NCBI GenBank assembly: GCA_965368185.1
Contig: CBDULZ010000028.1
Span: 11,716 to 35,715 of the forward strand
Source of the DNA: an uncultured Kriegella sp.
GTDB taxonomy: Bacteria; Bacteroidota; Bacteroidia; Flavobacteriales; Flavobacteriaceae
Direction: 5' to 3'
Length of the DNA stretch: 24,000 nucleotides
Position 1 is the stretch's first letter. Each line of letters begins with the position of its first letter. Under the pieces are notes generated by a model. That model did no database searches. It had not been told where the DNA came from and saw only the letters and a list, made by a program, of their open reading frames with translations. Of this stretch, positions 7,195-14,889 are shown in pieces. The position numbers and the translations under genes are program-made.

Positions 7195-8295
7195 TTAAGA
7201 TTGCCCGGCTAATTTGGTTTTACCCTTGGCTGCTTCATTGCGCTCAATCGTATGGCCGGGCCGTGTCCATTTTGGCTTTTCGCCCAACGGTACAAACTCT
7301 GAATCTTGGGCTTCCACTGTTTTTGGCTGCGAAACTTTGGTAAATGGTTTTTGTGGACTTAACCCCAGCAATTTGAACATTTCCATATCTTCATTAACAT
7401 CGGGGTTCGGGGTCGTCAATAATTTATCTCCGGCAAAAATAGAATTTGCCCCTGCGAAGAAACACATTGCCTGGCCTTCCCTGCTCATCTCGGTCCGCCC
7501 CGCCGAAAGGCGTACTTGGGTCTCGGGCATCACGATACGGGTCGTAGCCACCATACGTATCATTTCCCAAATGGAAATAGGTTCCATATCTTCCATGGGG
7601 GTCCCCTCAACGGCTACCAATGCATTAATAGGTACTGATTCCGGTTGCGGATTTAACGAAGCCAGGGCCACCAGCATTCCTGCACGGTCTTCCAATTGTT
7701 CCCCCATCCCTATAATGCCCCCACTACATACGGTTACATTACTCTTACGAACGTTATCAATAGTTTCCAATCGGTCTTCGAAAGCGCGGGTCGAAATAAC
7801 GTCTTTATAATAATCTTCGGAAGTATCTAAATTATGATTATAGGCATACAGCCCCGCTTCGGCCAAACGTTTGGCCTGATTTTCAGTCAACATACCCAAG
7901 GTACAACAGACCTCCATATCCAATTTATTGATGGTACGTACCATTTCAAGTACTTGATCAAACTCTGTACCGTCTTTTACATTTCGCCATGCCGCACCCA
8001 TACAAACACGCGAACTGCCAGAGGCCTTGGCACGCAGCGCTTGAGCCTTTACATGGGGCACAGTCATCAGATCATTACCTTCGATATCGGTATGGTATCG
8101 TGCCGCTTGCGGACAATACCCACAATCTTCAGGACAACCGCCCGTTTTGATTGATAATAATGTCGACACCTGAACCGTGTTCGGGTCATGATGCTTGCGA
8201 TGAATCGTTGCCGCATCGTACAACAACTCCATCAAAGGTTTGTTGTAAATATCCAGAATTTCTTGTTTGGTCCAGTTATGTCTAGTATCGCTCAT
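7195..8295 (-). CDS. bioB: Biotin synthase (radical SAM)
   Basis: The radical-SAM motif is CPEDCGYCPQ. BioB blocks such as GAAWR and the C-terminal ...SIFAGDKLLTT are present. The product is 366 aa. Confidence 0.95.
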   Translation of the reverse strand: MSDTRHNWTKQEILDIYNKPLMELLYDAATIHRKHHDPNTVQVSTLLSIKTGGCPEDCGYCPQAARYHTDIEGNDLMTVPHVKAQALRAKASGSSRVCMGAAWRNVKDGTEFDQVLEMVRTINKLDMEVCCTLGMLTENQAKRLAEAGLYAYNHNLDTSEDYYKDVISTRAFEDRLETIDNVRKSNVTVCSGGIIGMGEQLEDRAGMLVALASLNPQPESVPINALVAVEGTPMEDMEPISIWEMIRMVATTRIVMPETQVRLSAGRTEMSREGQAMCFFAGANSIFAGDKLLTTPNPDVNEDMEMFKLLGLSPQKPFTKVSQPKTVEAQDSEFVPLGEKPKWTRPGHTIERNEAAKGKTKLAGQS

Positions 8296-8316
8296 ACATT
8301 TACCTTAAATCGACTT

Positions 8317-8324
8317 CAAAAGTA
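8317..8324 (-). promoter_or_regulatory. Candidate -7 box (TACTTTTG on the minus strand) giving bioB its own promoter
   Basis: The plus strand reads caaaagta, an exact TAnnTTTG match on the minus strand. It lies 21 nt upstream of the bioB ATG at 8295, the same spacing class as the OMP, cupin and sulfatase boxes. Confidence 0.4.
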
Positions 8325-8354
8325 ACTTATTATAAATCAAATGCCAATAAAAAG

Positions 8355-8388
8355 TGATTGATAGAGAGGATTCAAAATTAGTCAATCA
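8355..8388. repeat. Dyad TGATTGA-N20-TCAATCA that encloses a second -7-like box
   Basis: The 7-bp arms at 8355-8361 and 8382-8388 are perfect. The spacer contains caaaatta (8373-8380), which reads TAATTTTG on the minus strand. A second nested inverted repeat is AGAGAGG (8363-8369) with CCTCTCT (8421-8427). Confidence 0.4.
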
Positions 8389-8461
8389 TATTAAAGGCAG
8401 CTTACTTAATCACCTTCTAGCCTCTCTTTCAAAGTTTTCAATTTGAGGACTGGCCATGACT

Positions 8462-8488
8462 CTTTTGACATTTTCGGAATGTCAAAAG
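8462..8488 (-). other. Perfect 10-bp stem-loop immediately after the KAS-like gene stop
   Basis: cttttgacat (8462-8471) pairs with atgtcaaaag (8479-8488) across a 7-nt loop. It starts 9 nt beyond the stop at 8497. No U-tract follows on the minus strand, so it could be a terminator, an RNA-stability element or a protein-binding dyad. Confidence 0.5.
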
Positions 8489-8496
8489 TTCTAAAT

Positions 8497-9720
8497 TTAG
8501 AAATAAGATGGAGATTTAAAAAGTACAGATACCGCATTCCCTCCAAAACCCACGGCATTGACCATTACCTTGTTAATCTGCGATGGAACTGCCGTATTAT
8601 CTATAAAAGGAACTTTTATAAATTCTTGTTTTTGCAACATCAAGACAGCTAATTCAAGACTCAACATACCCGATGCCCCGAAGGTGTGGCCTATTTTCCA
8701 TTTGTTAGTGGTCAAGGCCGGCATCTTTTCACCAAATACCTTTTTTATCGCATTATATTCCGAAGAATCACCTTTAATCGTACCCGGGGCATGCATTACG
8801 ATTATATCGACATCTTTGGGCGACGTATTCCCAAGAGCCATTTTCATGGAGCGTTGAAAGCATTCGGCATCTGAAGAAATGGAAACATTATGTTTTAATA
8901 CTTCAGTAGCGTACCCTATTCCTTCAATCACGGCCAAGGCATTCTTCGAATGGCCCGCCTCTAAACAAACTACGGCTGCTCCTTCCCCCAAAACCATCGA
9001 ATTTTTGGTCTTGTTGGGATCAAGTGCCCGACATGGGTAATTTTGATTGCCCTCAGCCGCATCTTTTTGTCGCGCATATACTTTTAGCGCCTTCATTTGC
9101 GCTATGGTAAAGGGTGTCAACGGGGCCTCGCTACCACCGACCAAAAACTTATCGGTTAAACCACTTCTGATCCAAGCCACACCATTCAGAAGGGCGTGCA
9201 GTGCGGTAGAACAGGTTATGGAATGTGATATCTCAGGGCCTTTGGTCTGAAGGTCATGTGCAACCCAAGAAGAAATGTTTCCTAAAGTGGTTGTAGGCGA
9301 AGATAAGGTCGACGCCCTATTCTGGTCTAGAAACTCAGTGTGGTATTTTTCAAAAAGTGCCGTAGCCCCACGAGAAGAACCGATATTGATGCCAAAATTG
9401 TCCCCAGATTTCCACCCTGCAATAGCAACACTTTTTCTAGCGACATAAATCGTAAAGAGCACTGTATCGTCAAGATCCTTGTATTTTGAATCCGATTTTC
9501 GAAGTTGGTCAATCGCTACTTTTGCATCTTCCGTTAATGGAGCGGCCCATTCTTCGGTCGTACCAAATTGCATCTTTTTAAAAAAATGCCGATCCGTTTT
9601 ATAGTTCTTCCAGACTTCTTCCGACGAAACTCCCAAAGGAGAAACAGAAGCTACTGCCGTTATTGAAATAAGTCCTTCATTTGCCCGTTCCCCTAAAGGA
9701 AAGGAAGTTCCATTCTCCAT
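8497..9720 (-). CDS. Beta-ketoacyl-ACP synthase I/II (FabB/FabF)-like condensing enzyme embedded in the bio cluster
   Basis: The product is 407 aa. The N-terminus reads LISITAVASVSPLG. The nucleophile Cys is in HSITCSTALHALLNG, the first His in VMHAPGTIKGD, and the Lys/His pair in TTNKWKIGHTFGASG. This is a C-H-H triad, meaning KAS I/II type rather than FabH type. It lies 45 nt downstream of bioA on the same strand. Confidence 0.85.
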   Translation of the reverse strand: MENGTSFPLGERANEGLISITAVASVSPLGVSSEEVWKNYKTDRHFFKKMQFGTTEEWAAPLTEDAKVAIDQLRKSDSKYKDLDDTVLFTIYVARKSVAIAGWKSGDNFGINIGSSRGATALFEKYHTEFLDQNRASTLSSPTTTLGNISSWVAHDLQTKGPEISHSITCSTALHALLNGVAWIRSGLTDKFLVGGSEAPLTPFTIAQMKALKVYARQKDAAEGNQNYPCRALDPNKTKNSMVLGEGAAVVCLEAGHSKNALAVIEGIGYATEVLKHNVSISSDAECFQRSMKMALGNTSPKDVDIIVMHAPGTIKGDSSEYNAIKKVFGEKMPALTTNKWKIGHTFGASGMLSLELAVLMLQKQEFIKVPFIDNTAVPSQINKVMVNAVGFGGNAVSVLFKSPSYF

Positions 9721-9765
9721 GCTTTTTTAATCGTTTTGTACCGTAGAACAACTAATATAGTTGCT

Positions 9766-11103
9766 TTAGACCAACTCAAATGCACTCTTTATCGTGCTAT
9801 AAATTTTTTGAAGTTGGGCATCTGAAATTACATAGGGGGCCGAAATATATATCGTATTCCCAAGCGGACGCAAATATACCCCGTTATCCATAAAGTGTTT
9901 ATAAAGTCGATCCCTTAAATTCCCGTAGCGCTCCATTTTTACATTTAAGTCAAGCGCATAGATAATTCCACATTGTCGTGTACGCGCCACTTTTGGATGG
10001 TTCTTGATTTCGGCATCAAATTTTTGATGAGCGGCAACAACACGTTGTATGTCACTTTGAATTTCATCAGACCGTAACAGTTCTATTCCTGCCAAAGCCG
10101 TTGTACAGGCCAGGGGGTTAGCGGTATACGTATGCCCATGAAATAATCCCTTTATCAATTCGTCACTATAAAAAGCATCGTAAACCTTAGGGCTACAACT
10201 GGTAATCGCCATAGGCATCAAGCCGGCTGTCAGGGCCTTTGAAAAGCACATAATATCGGGTTTCGTTGTTATATGGTCGGAGGCAAAAAAACTTCCTGTT
10301 TTACCAAAACCAGTCATGACCTCATCGGCTATGGTCAATACATTGTGTTGTTGCAAAAGAGACACTATTCGATTTAACCCGTCTGCATCGTGCATTTTCA
10401 TTGCCGCCGCACCCTGCACAAGAGGTTCATAAATAAATGCGGCAATATTGTTTTGTTTCAGTCTATTCCCTAAAGAAACAAGAACACTTTCTATATTCTC
10501 TTTTGTTGGTACGGGAATACGCTCTACCTCAATAAAAAAATCTTCAAAAGGACCGTTGTATACCGATAAGCTAGAAACCGACATGGCGCCAAAAGTATCG
10601 CCGTGAAAACCATCTTCAAAAGCCAACAAAACATGCTGTTTATTCCCTTGATTGTGATGATATTGCAGTGCCATTTTAATGCCTACTTCCACGGCCGTAG
10701 ATCCATTATCGGAAAAAAAAAGTTTCTTTTGGTTTTCCGGTAAGATGCTTATCAATGCCTCTGATAATTTGACAGCAGGCTCATGCGTAAAACCACTGAA
10801 AACCACCTGATCCAATTGCTGCATTTGCCTATACACCTTTTTTAGGATAAAATCGTTGCAATGCCCATAAACACTGGTGTACCAAGAGGCAATTCCATCA
10901 ATGTATTCGACACCGTTCTCATCGTACAATACGGCACCCTTGGCCTTTATGATAGGCAACATTTCAGGATGCAGTTTGTGCTGTGTCAAGGGGTGCCACA
11001 AGTATTTTTTATCTCTTTCCGCTAGATTTTTCAAAACAATTGAATTCGTTAAACTCGCTTTTTCTATCTTGCAAAGATGGGAATTAATCCCTAAACAATT
11101 CAT
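9766..11103 (-). CDS. bioA: Adenosylmethionine-8-amino-7-oxononanoate aminotransferase
   Basis: The class-III aminotransferase/BioA signature ERDKKYLWHPLTQH is near the N-terminus, and ...DEVMTGFGKTG.. and FSKALTAG (PLP lysine) follow. The track start at 11193 would add ~50 aa of non-conserved sequence. Likely starts are ATG 11103 or TTG 11034, the latter giving MKNLAERDKKYLWHP. Confidence 0.9.
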   Translation of the reverse strand: MNCLGINSHLCKIEKASLTNSIVLKNLAERDKKYLWHPLTQHKLHPEMLPIIKAKGAVLYDENGVEYIDGIASWYTSVYGHCNDFILKKVYRQMQQLDQVVFSGFTHEPAVKLSEALISILPENQKKLFFSDNGSTAVEVGIKMALQYHHNQGNKQHVLLAFEDGFHGDTFGAMSVSSLSVYNGPFEDFFIEVERIPVPTKENIESVLVSLGNRLKQNNIAAFIYEPLVQGAAAMKMHDADGLNRIVSLLQQHNVLTIADEVMTGFGKTGSFFASDHITTKPDIMCFSKALTAGLMPMAITSCSPKVYDAFYSDELIKGLFHGHTYTANPLACTTALAGIELLRSDEIQSDIQRVVAAHQKFDAEIKNHPKVARTRQCGIIYALDLNVKMERYGNLRDRLYKHFMDNGVYLRPLGNTIYISAPYVISDAQLQKIYSTIKSAFELV

Positions 11104-12589
11104 GTTCCAAAGGCTTATACATTCATTGCTAAACAACTGCGATTCCCTGAAAAACCGTACTGTTTTTATGGTTCTATTTTTGACCGCATTCATTATTCGA
11201 TTCCCTTTTTTTTTTCGGGATTATATCGACCGCGATGAAAGCACCTTCATTTTAATGGGACAATCTTGGGTCGATGGGTACCTACCCTATACCCAACTCT
11301 GGGACCTCAAGCCACCAGTTGTCTTTCTTTTTTTTGCAACCATCATCTATAGTTTTGGCAAAAGTTATTTCGCCATTCGATTCTTTGGAGTTATCATCGT
11401 TATGCTGACCGCATTTTTTACCTATAAAATCGGTGAAACGGCGAAATCTAAAAAAATAGGGCTATGGTCAGCCATCGGTTGTGTCTTGCTCTTGAGCCTT
11501 TTCGGAAGTCTACAAGGCGTAATGTCAGAACATATTTGTATGTTGTTTTTCGTTCCTGCCCTTTATCTTTTGGTACGTTATAAAAAATTGTGGGCCTACT
11601 GTTGTGCCGGACTTTTATTCGGGCTGGCGGTAATGTCTAAATTGAATATCGCTTATGTGATTCTTGTTTTATGCTTATATCTGTTATATCAGAACTACAC
11701 CGAAAAAAGATTTTGGACGGGGTTTGTACATCTTGTTGGTCTCGGCTTAAGCCTTGTGTTTGTTATACTTTTAACTTTATTACCCTATTTTTTTCAAGGC
11801 CAAACGGAAATTTGGTGGAATTCGGTTGTCATGGCTCCCATCGAGTATTCGGCCTCGCAACAGAACCCGATATACAAAACAGCCCCTTTCTGCGTCATTA
11901 TTCTAGTTTTCTTATTTCTTACATGGAAAAAGAAACTTTTAAACGTTAAAGACCGAACGGTAGCTCTTTTAGTTGTTACCGTTTTAGGGATAATACTTAT
12001 GTTTTTTTTGGGTGGGAAGGTCAACGGGCATTATTTGATTCAATTCCACCCTGTATTCATTGTACTGTTCGCAATGGTACTAGGGCAGGTTAGCCTATTT
12101 CATTTTAGGAAGCTGATAGGTTATCTGCCGATTCTATTACTTTTACTTCCTATGGAAAGCTATTTGGAATACGCCAACATCATTAAGAATCGATGGGAAA
12201 AAGGCACTTTTTATAATGGCGAAGGAATTGATGTACCCAACTACATCCTTGAAAAAGGTATGGAAACCGAGAATATACTCTTCCTGGAATACCATATTGG
12301 TTATTGGGGTTTAGAGCAAACACCACCGACAGTGGCAGCGACGCATCCGAGCAACATTTTGCGGGAAGCCCTTTTTCCGTATTATAAAAACCCGAGAAAA
12401 ACGGGTCTGGAAGAACTGCGCCATATCATGGAAAACATCCAACCACAAACAGTGATCACCCGAAAGAACAAAAGGGTATTCGATGAACAATACGAAGATG
12501 CAAATGCCTATATCAACGGCTATTTAGAAGTCCATTATACGCTTAACACCACCATTGGCAACGCCAACATACACCAAAGACTAGAGTGA
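11102..12589 (+). CDS. GT-C fold (GT39/ArnT-like) polytopic membrane glycosyltransferase
   Basis: There are about 10 or more hydrophobic segments. The first-loop acidic motif RDYIDRDESTF follows TM1 (MVLFLTAFIIRFPFFF), as in PMT/ArnT-type enzymes, and the C-terminal domain is soluble. Track ORF residues 1-75 are antisense to bioA and are rejected. The start is ATG 11102 or ATG 11168. Confidence 0.7.
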   Translation: MFQRLIHSLLNNCDSLKNRTVFMVLFLTAFIIRFPFFFRDYIDRDESTFILMGQSWVDGYLPYTQLWDLKPPVVFLFFATIIYSFGKSYFAIRFFGVIIVMLTAFFTYKIGETAKSKKIGLWSAIGCVLLLSLFGSLQGVMSEHICMLFFVPALYLLVRYKKLWAYCCAGLLFGLAVMSKLNIAYVILVLCLYLLYQNYTEKRFWTGFVHLVGLGLSLVFVILLTLLPYFFQGQTEIWWNSVVMAPIEYSASQQNPIYKTAPFCVIILVFLFLTWKKKLLNVKDRTVALLVVTVLGIILMFFLGGKVNGHYLIQFHPVFIVLFAMVLGQVSLFHFRKLIGYLPILLLLLPMESYLEYANIIKNRWEKGTFYNGEGIDVPNYILEKGMETENILFLEYHIGYWGLEQTPPTVAATHPSNILREALFPYYKNPRKTGLEELRHIMENIQPQTVITRKNKRVFDEQYEDANAYINGYLEVHYTLNTTIGNANIHQRLE

Positions 12590-13198
12590 CTCGAGCACAC
12601 CCTTAAACTTCTTGGCATATTTACTAATAATCTGTTTATCAAATTTTTCTTCCTCATCGATCCTACCAATCAATGAAACACCTGTTTTGTGCAATATAAT
12701 ATTTTCGGTATGCGGATTGGCATCTCCACTGAATAATACCGAGACGTCATACCCTTTTACCGTAAGCCAATTAATAGTCAATAAAGAATGGTTGATGCTG
12801 CCTAAATAATGTCGGGAAACCACTATAACCTTATAACTGGGCATAATAATATCGAACATGGTATCTTCGTCATTCAATGGTACCAGTAACCCTCCTGCCC
12901 CTTCAATGACCAAGTGGTTCGACGTCTTCGGTTCATTAATATGAAAACGGTCTATTCGCTGCCCGTCAATTTCAGCTGAGGCGTGCGGACTCATTGCCGT
13001 CTTTAGTTCATAGCTGCTTTTATGAATTACTGTTTTATCGTTGGAAATCAAGGATTTGACCTTATGGCTGTCTGAATTATCTAAATCCCCTGCCTGTATC
13101 GGTTTCCAATAATCAGCCTGTAAGGCTTCCGTTATAATGGCAGAGGCCATTGTTTTTCCAACTCCGGTCGATATTCCCGTGACAAAAATTTGCTTCAT
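12581..13198 (-). CDS. bioD: Dethiobiotin synthase (ATP-dependent)
   Basis: The N-terminus is MKQIFVTGISTGVGKTMASAIITEAL..YWKPIQAG, with a P-loop and the conserved K. EGAGGLLVPL is also present. The product is 205 aa. Confidence 0.9.
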   Translation of the reverse strand: MKQIFVTGISTGVGKTMASAIITEALQADYWKPIQAGDLDNSDSHKVKSLISNDKTVIHKSSYELKTAMSPHASAEIDGQRIDRFHINEPKTSNHLVIEGAGGLLVPLNDEDTMFDIIMPSYKVIVVSRHYLGSINHSLLTINWLTVKGYDVSVLFSGDANPHTENIILHKTGVSLIGRIDEEEKFDKQIISKYAKKFKGVLESL

Positions 13199-13635
13199 AT
13201 ATTGAACTTGTTTTTACAATTATCACACCGATATTCATATTTGGTATAGAATGGAAGTACTCCAAAAATAAATCCAAATAAAAAAGAAACCAGTGATTTA
13301 AAGTCTTTAACATTGGTAAAATAATCAATCTCTTTACTGTTACAGTTCGGGCATATGATATCATTACCTTGATCATCGATCGAGTAGCGATTTATAGATT
13401 TCAAGATTCGAATTGCCTCAACTTCATCTTCTGAACGAACTTTGAGCTTGACTCCACCAATAGCATTACTGACCAATGGATCGGTATCAATAGTAAGGTT
13501 ATCAGATAGAAAAACCGGGATACCTTCGGTTTCCAGCCGCCCCTTTACGATTTGTGCCTCTGAAGAATACTGAAAAGACGCAACTGTGCTAAAAATTCGG
13601 TCGTCCTTAACATATTCGAGTTTCCTTATCGTCAA
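13195..13635 (-). CDS. DUF2007-like domain protein with a zinc ribbon split by a TM helix
   Basis: The product is 146 aa. The N-terminal ~75 aa (FQYSSEAQIVKGRLETEGIPVFLSD...VKLKVRSEDEVEAIRIL) resemble the DUF2007 'putative signal transducing' fold. CPNC follows, then a hydrophobic helix (LVSFLFGFIFGVLPFY), then CDNC. There is no internal Met, and the only plausible start is TTG at 13635. The stop overlaps the bioD start as ATGA (13195-13198), and the start lies 12 nt after the bioF stop. Confidence 0.65.
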   Translation of the reverse strand: MTIRKLEYVKDDRIFSTVASFQYSSEAQIVKGRLETEGIPVFLSDNLTIDTDPLVSNAIGGVKLKVRSEDEVEAIRILKSINRYSIDDQGNDIICPNCNSKEIDYFTNVKDFKSLVSFLFGFIFGVLPFYTKYEYRCDNCKNKFNI

Positions 13636-13647
13636 AATACAGCGGAA

Positions 13648-14808
13648 TTACACTTCTTCCGTAAAAATAGCTAATAATTGTAAAACTTGCCTTATTTCTT
13701 TCTTTGTATTAAAACTATGTATACAGATTCGTAGGCGTTCTTCTCCTTTAGGAACGGTTGGGGAAAGAATAGGGCGTATGTCAAATCCTTCGTTTTGAAG
13801 TTTTGTGGCAATTGAACGAACCCTGTCATTGCCCGTACACAAGCAACAATGTATTGTTGAAGCACTTGGGATAAAAAGCGATTTCAAATTTAAAGATTCG
13901 GCCTGTTGAATAAAATAATCTATATTTTCCTTCAGCTGGGTCTTTGCCTTATTAAGTTCCTCAAGCTTGCCATAGGCGGCCAATATCGCAGCGATAGCAT
14001 GAGGTGGAAGTCCGGTGGTAAATACAAAGCTTCTTGCAAAATTCACTAAGTAGTTTTTTAGGGAAAGGGAGCCCAAAACTGCCGCCCCGTGCGCTCCAAT
14101 GGCTTTTCCAAAGGTTATTATCCGGGCAAAAACGGTATCTTGTAGATTTAGCTGCTGCACCAGACCTTCCCCCTTTTCACCAAAGACCCCGACCGCATGT
14201 GCTTCATCCACAACAAAAAAACAGTTGTATTTTTCACCGATTTGCGCCATGGCTTTTAAATCTGGGGAGTCGCCATCCATGGAAAAGACTGATTCGGTTA
14301 CAATATAAATAGCCGCATCGGGAGCACTTCGGCTGCGTTCCGTATCACATTTTTTTTTCAGATCCGAAAGACTATTATGATTGAATTTATAGTTTTTGGC
14401 ATTCCCGAGCTTGATACCGTCGCGTATACTGGCATGTATATATTCATCATACAAAACTATATCTCCGCGTTGCGGAACGGCACTGAAAAATCCGATATTG
14501 GCGTCGTAGCCCGAATTAAAGACCAAAGCTTCTTCTGCTTCATGGAAAGTAGCGATCTTCATCTCCAATTCTTTATAATACGGATGGTTACCCGTAAGAA
14601 GACGAGAGCCTGTTGCTCCATTCTGAACCTTTCCGCTTGTCAAAAGTATCTCGGACGTTTTATTAAGAAGGGATTCGTCTCTAGAAAATCCAAGATAATC
14701 ATTTGACGAAAAATCAACTAAATGGCTATTGTCGATTAAGCTACGGAGTGCATTCGCCTCTTTTCTTTTGTCAATTTTAGCTTCTAATTTTTTTGGGAAC
14801 CGGACCAT
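13648..14808 (-). CDS. bioF: 8-amino-7-oxononanoate synthase
   Basis: It belongs to the alpha-oxoamine synthase family. Signatures are FSSNDYLGFS, GATGSRLLTGN, SGYDANIG, VVDEAHAVGVFG and TFGKAIGAHGA (PLP lysine). The product is 386 aa. Confidence 0.9.
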   Translation of the reverse strand: MVRFPKKLEAKIDKRKEANALRSLIDNSHLVDFSSNDYLGFSRDESLLNKTSEILLTSGKVQNGATGSRLLTGNHPYYKELEMKIATFHEAEEALVFNSGYDANIGFFSAVPQRGDIVLYDEYIHASIRDGIKLGNAKNYKFNHNSLSDLKKKCDTERSRSAPDAAIYIVTESVFSMDGDSPDLKAMAQIGEKYNCFFVVDEAHAVGVFGEKGEGLVQQLNLQDTVFARIITFGKAIGAHGAAVLGSLSLKNYLVNFARSFVFTTGLPPHAIAAILAAYGKLEELNKAKTQLKENIDYFIQQAESLNLKSLFIPSASTIHCCLCTGNDRVRSIATKLQNEGFDIRPILSPTVPKGEERLRICIHSFNTKKEIRQVLQLLAIFTEEV

Positions 14809-14812
14809 ATAT

Positions 14813-14820
14813 CAAATTTA
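14813..14820 (-). promoter_or_regulatory. Candidate -7 box (TAAATTTG on the minus strand) only 4 nt upstream of the bioF ATG
   Basis: The plus strand reads caaattta, an exact TAnnTTTG match on the minus strand. Its position implies a leaderless or near-leaderless bioF mRNA if it is used. There is no other exact match in the 14809-14889 spacer. Confidence 0.25.
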
Positions 14821-14889
14821 CTACCTTTAAAGACGAGTTCTAAAACTTGGTGAATTATTCTTTAATTTTTTTTGACAAAACTTCGAGCT

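Noticed and set aside
7214-8154. 198-aa and 106-aa plus-strand ORFs
   Set aside because: Both are antisense to bioB. They have low-complexity, Ser/Thr/Ile-rich composition typical of shadow frames, and no recognisable motif.
10877-11101. N-terminal 75 aa of the 570-aa plus-strand ORF
   Set aside because: This part is antisense to conserved bioA coding sequence and precedes the first transmembrane segment of the glycosyltransferase. The real start is ATG 11102 or ATG 11168.
11038-11101. Imperfect inverted repeat GAATTCGTTAAAC ... CTAAACAATTC between bioA and the glycosyltransferase
   Set aside because: The arms need a gap and a mismatch, the ~64-bp span is too wide for a BirA-type operator, and the motif is not shared with the bioB or bioF upstream regions.
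11104-11193. N-terminal 30 aa of the 475-aa bioA ORF
   Set aside because: It would add an unconserved extension far upstream of the BioA ERDKK.LWHP block, and it would overlap the divergent glycosyltransferase gene.
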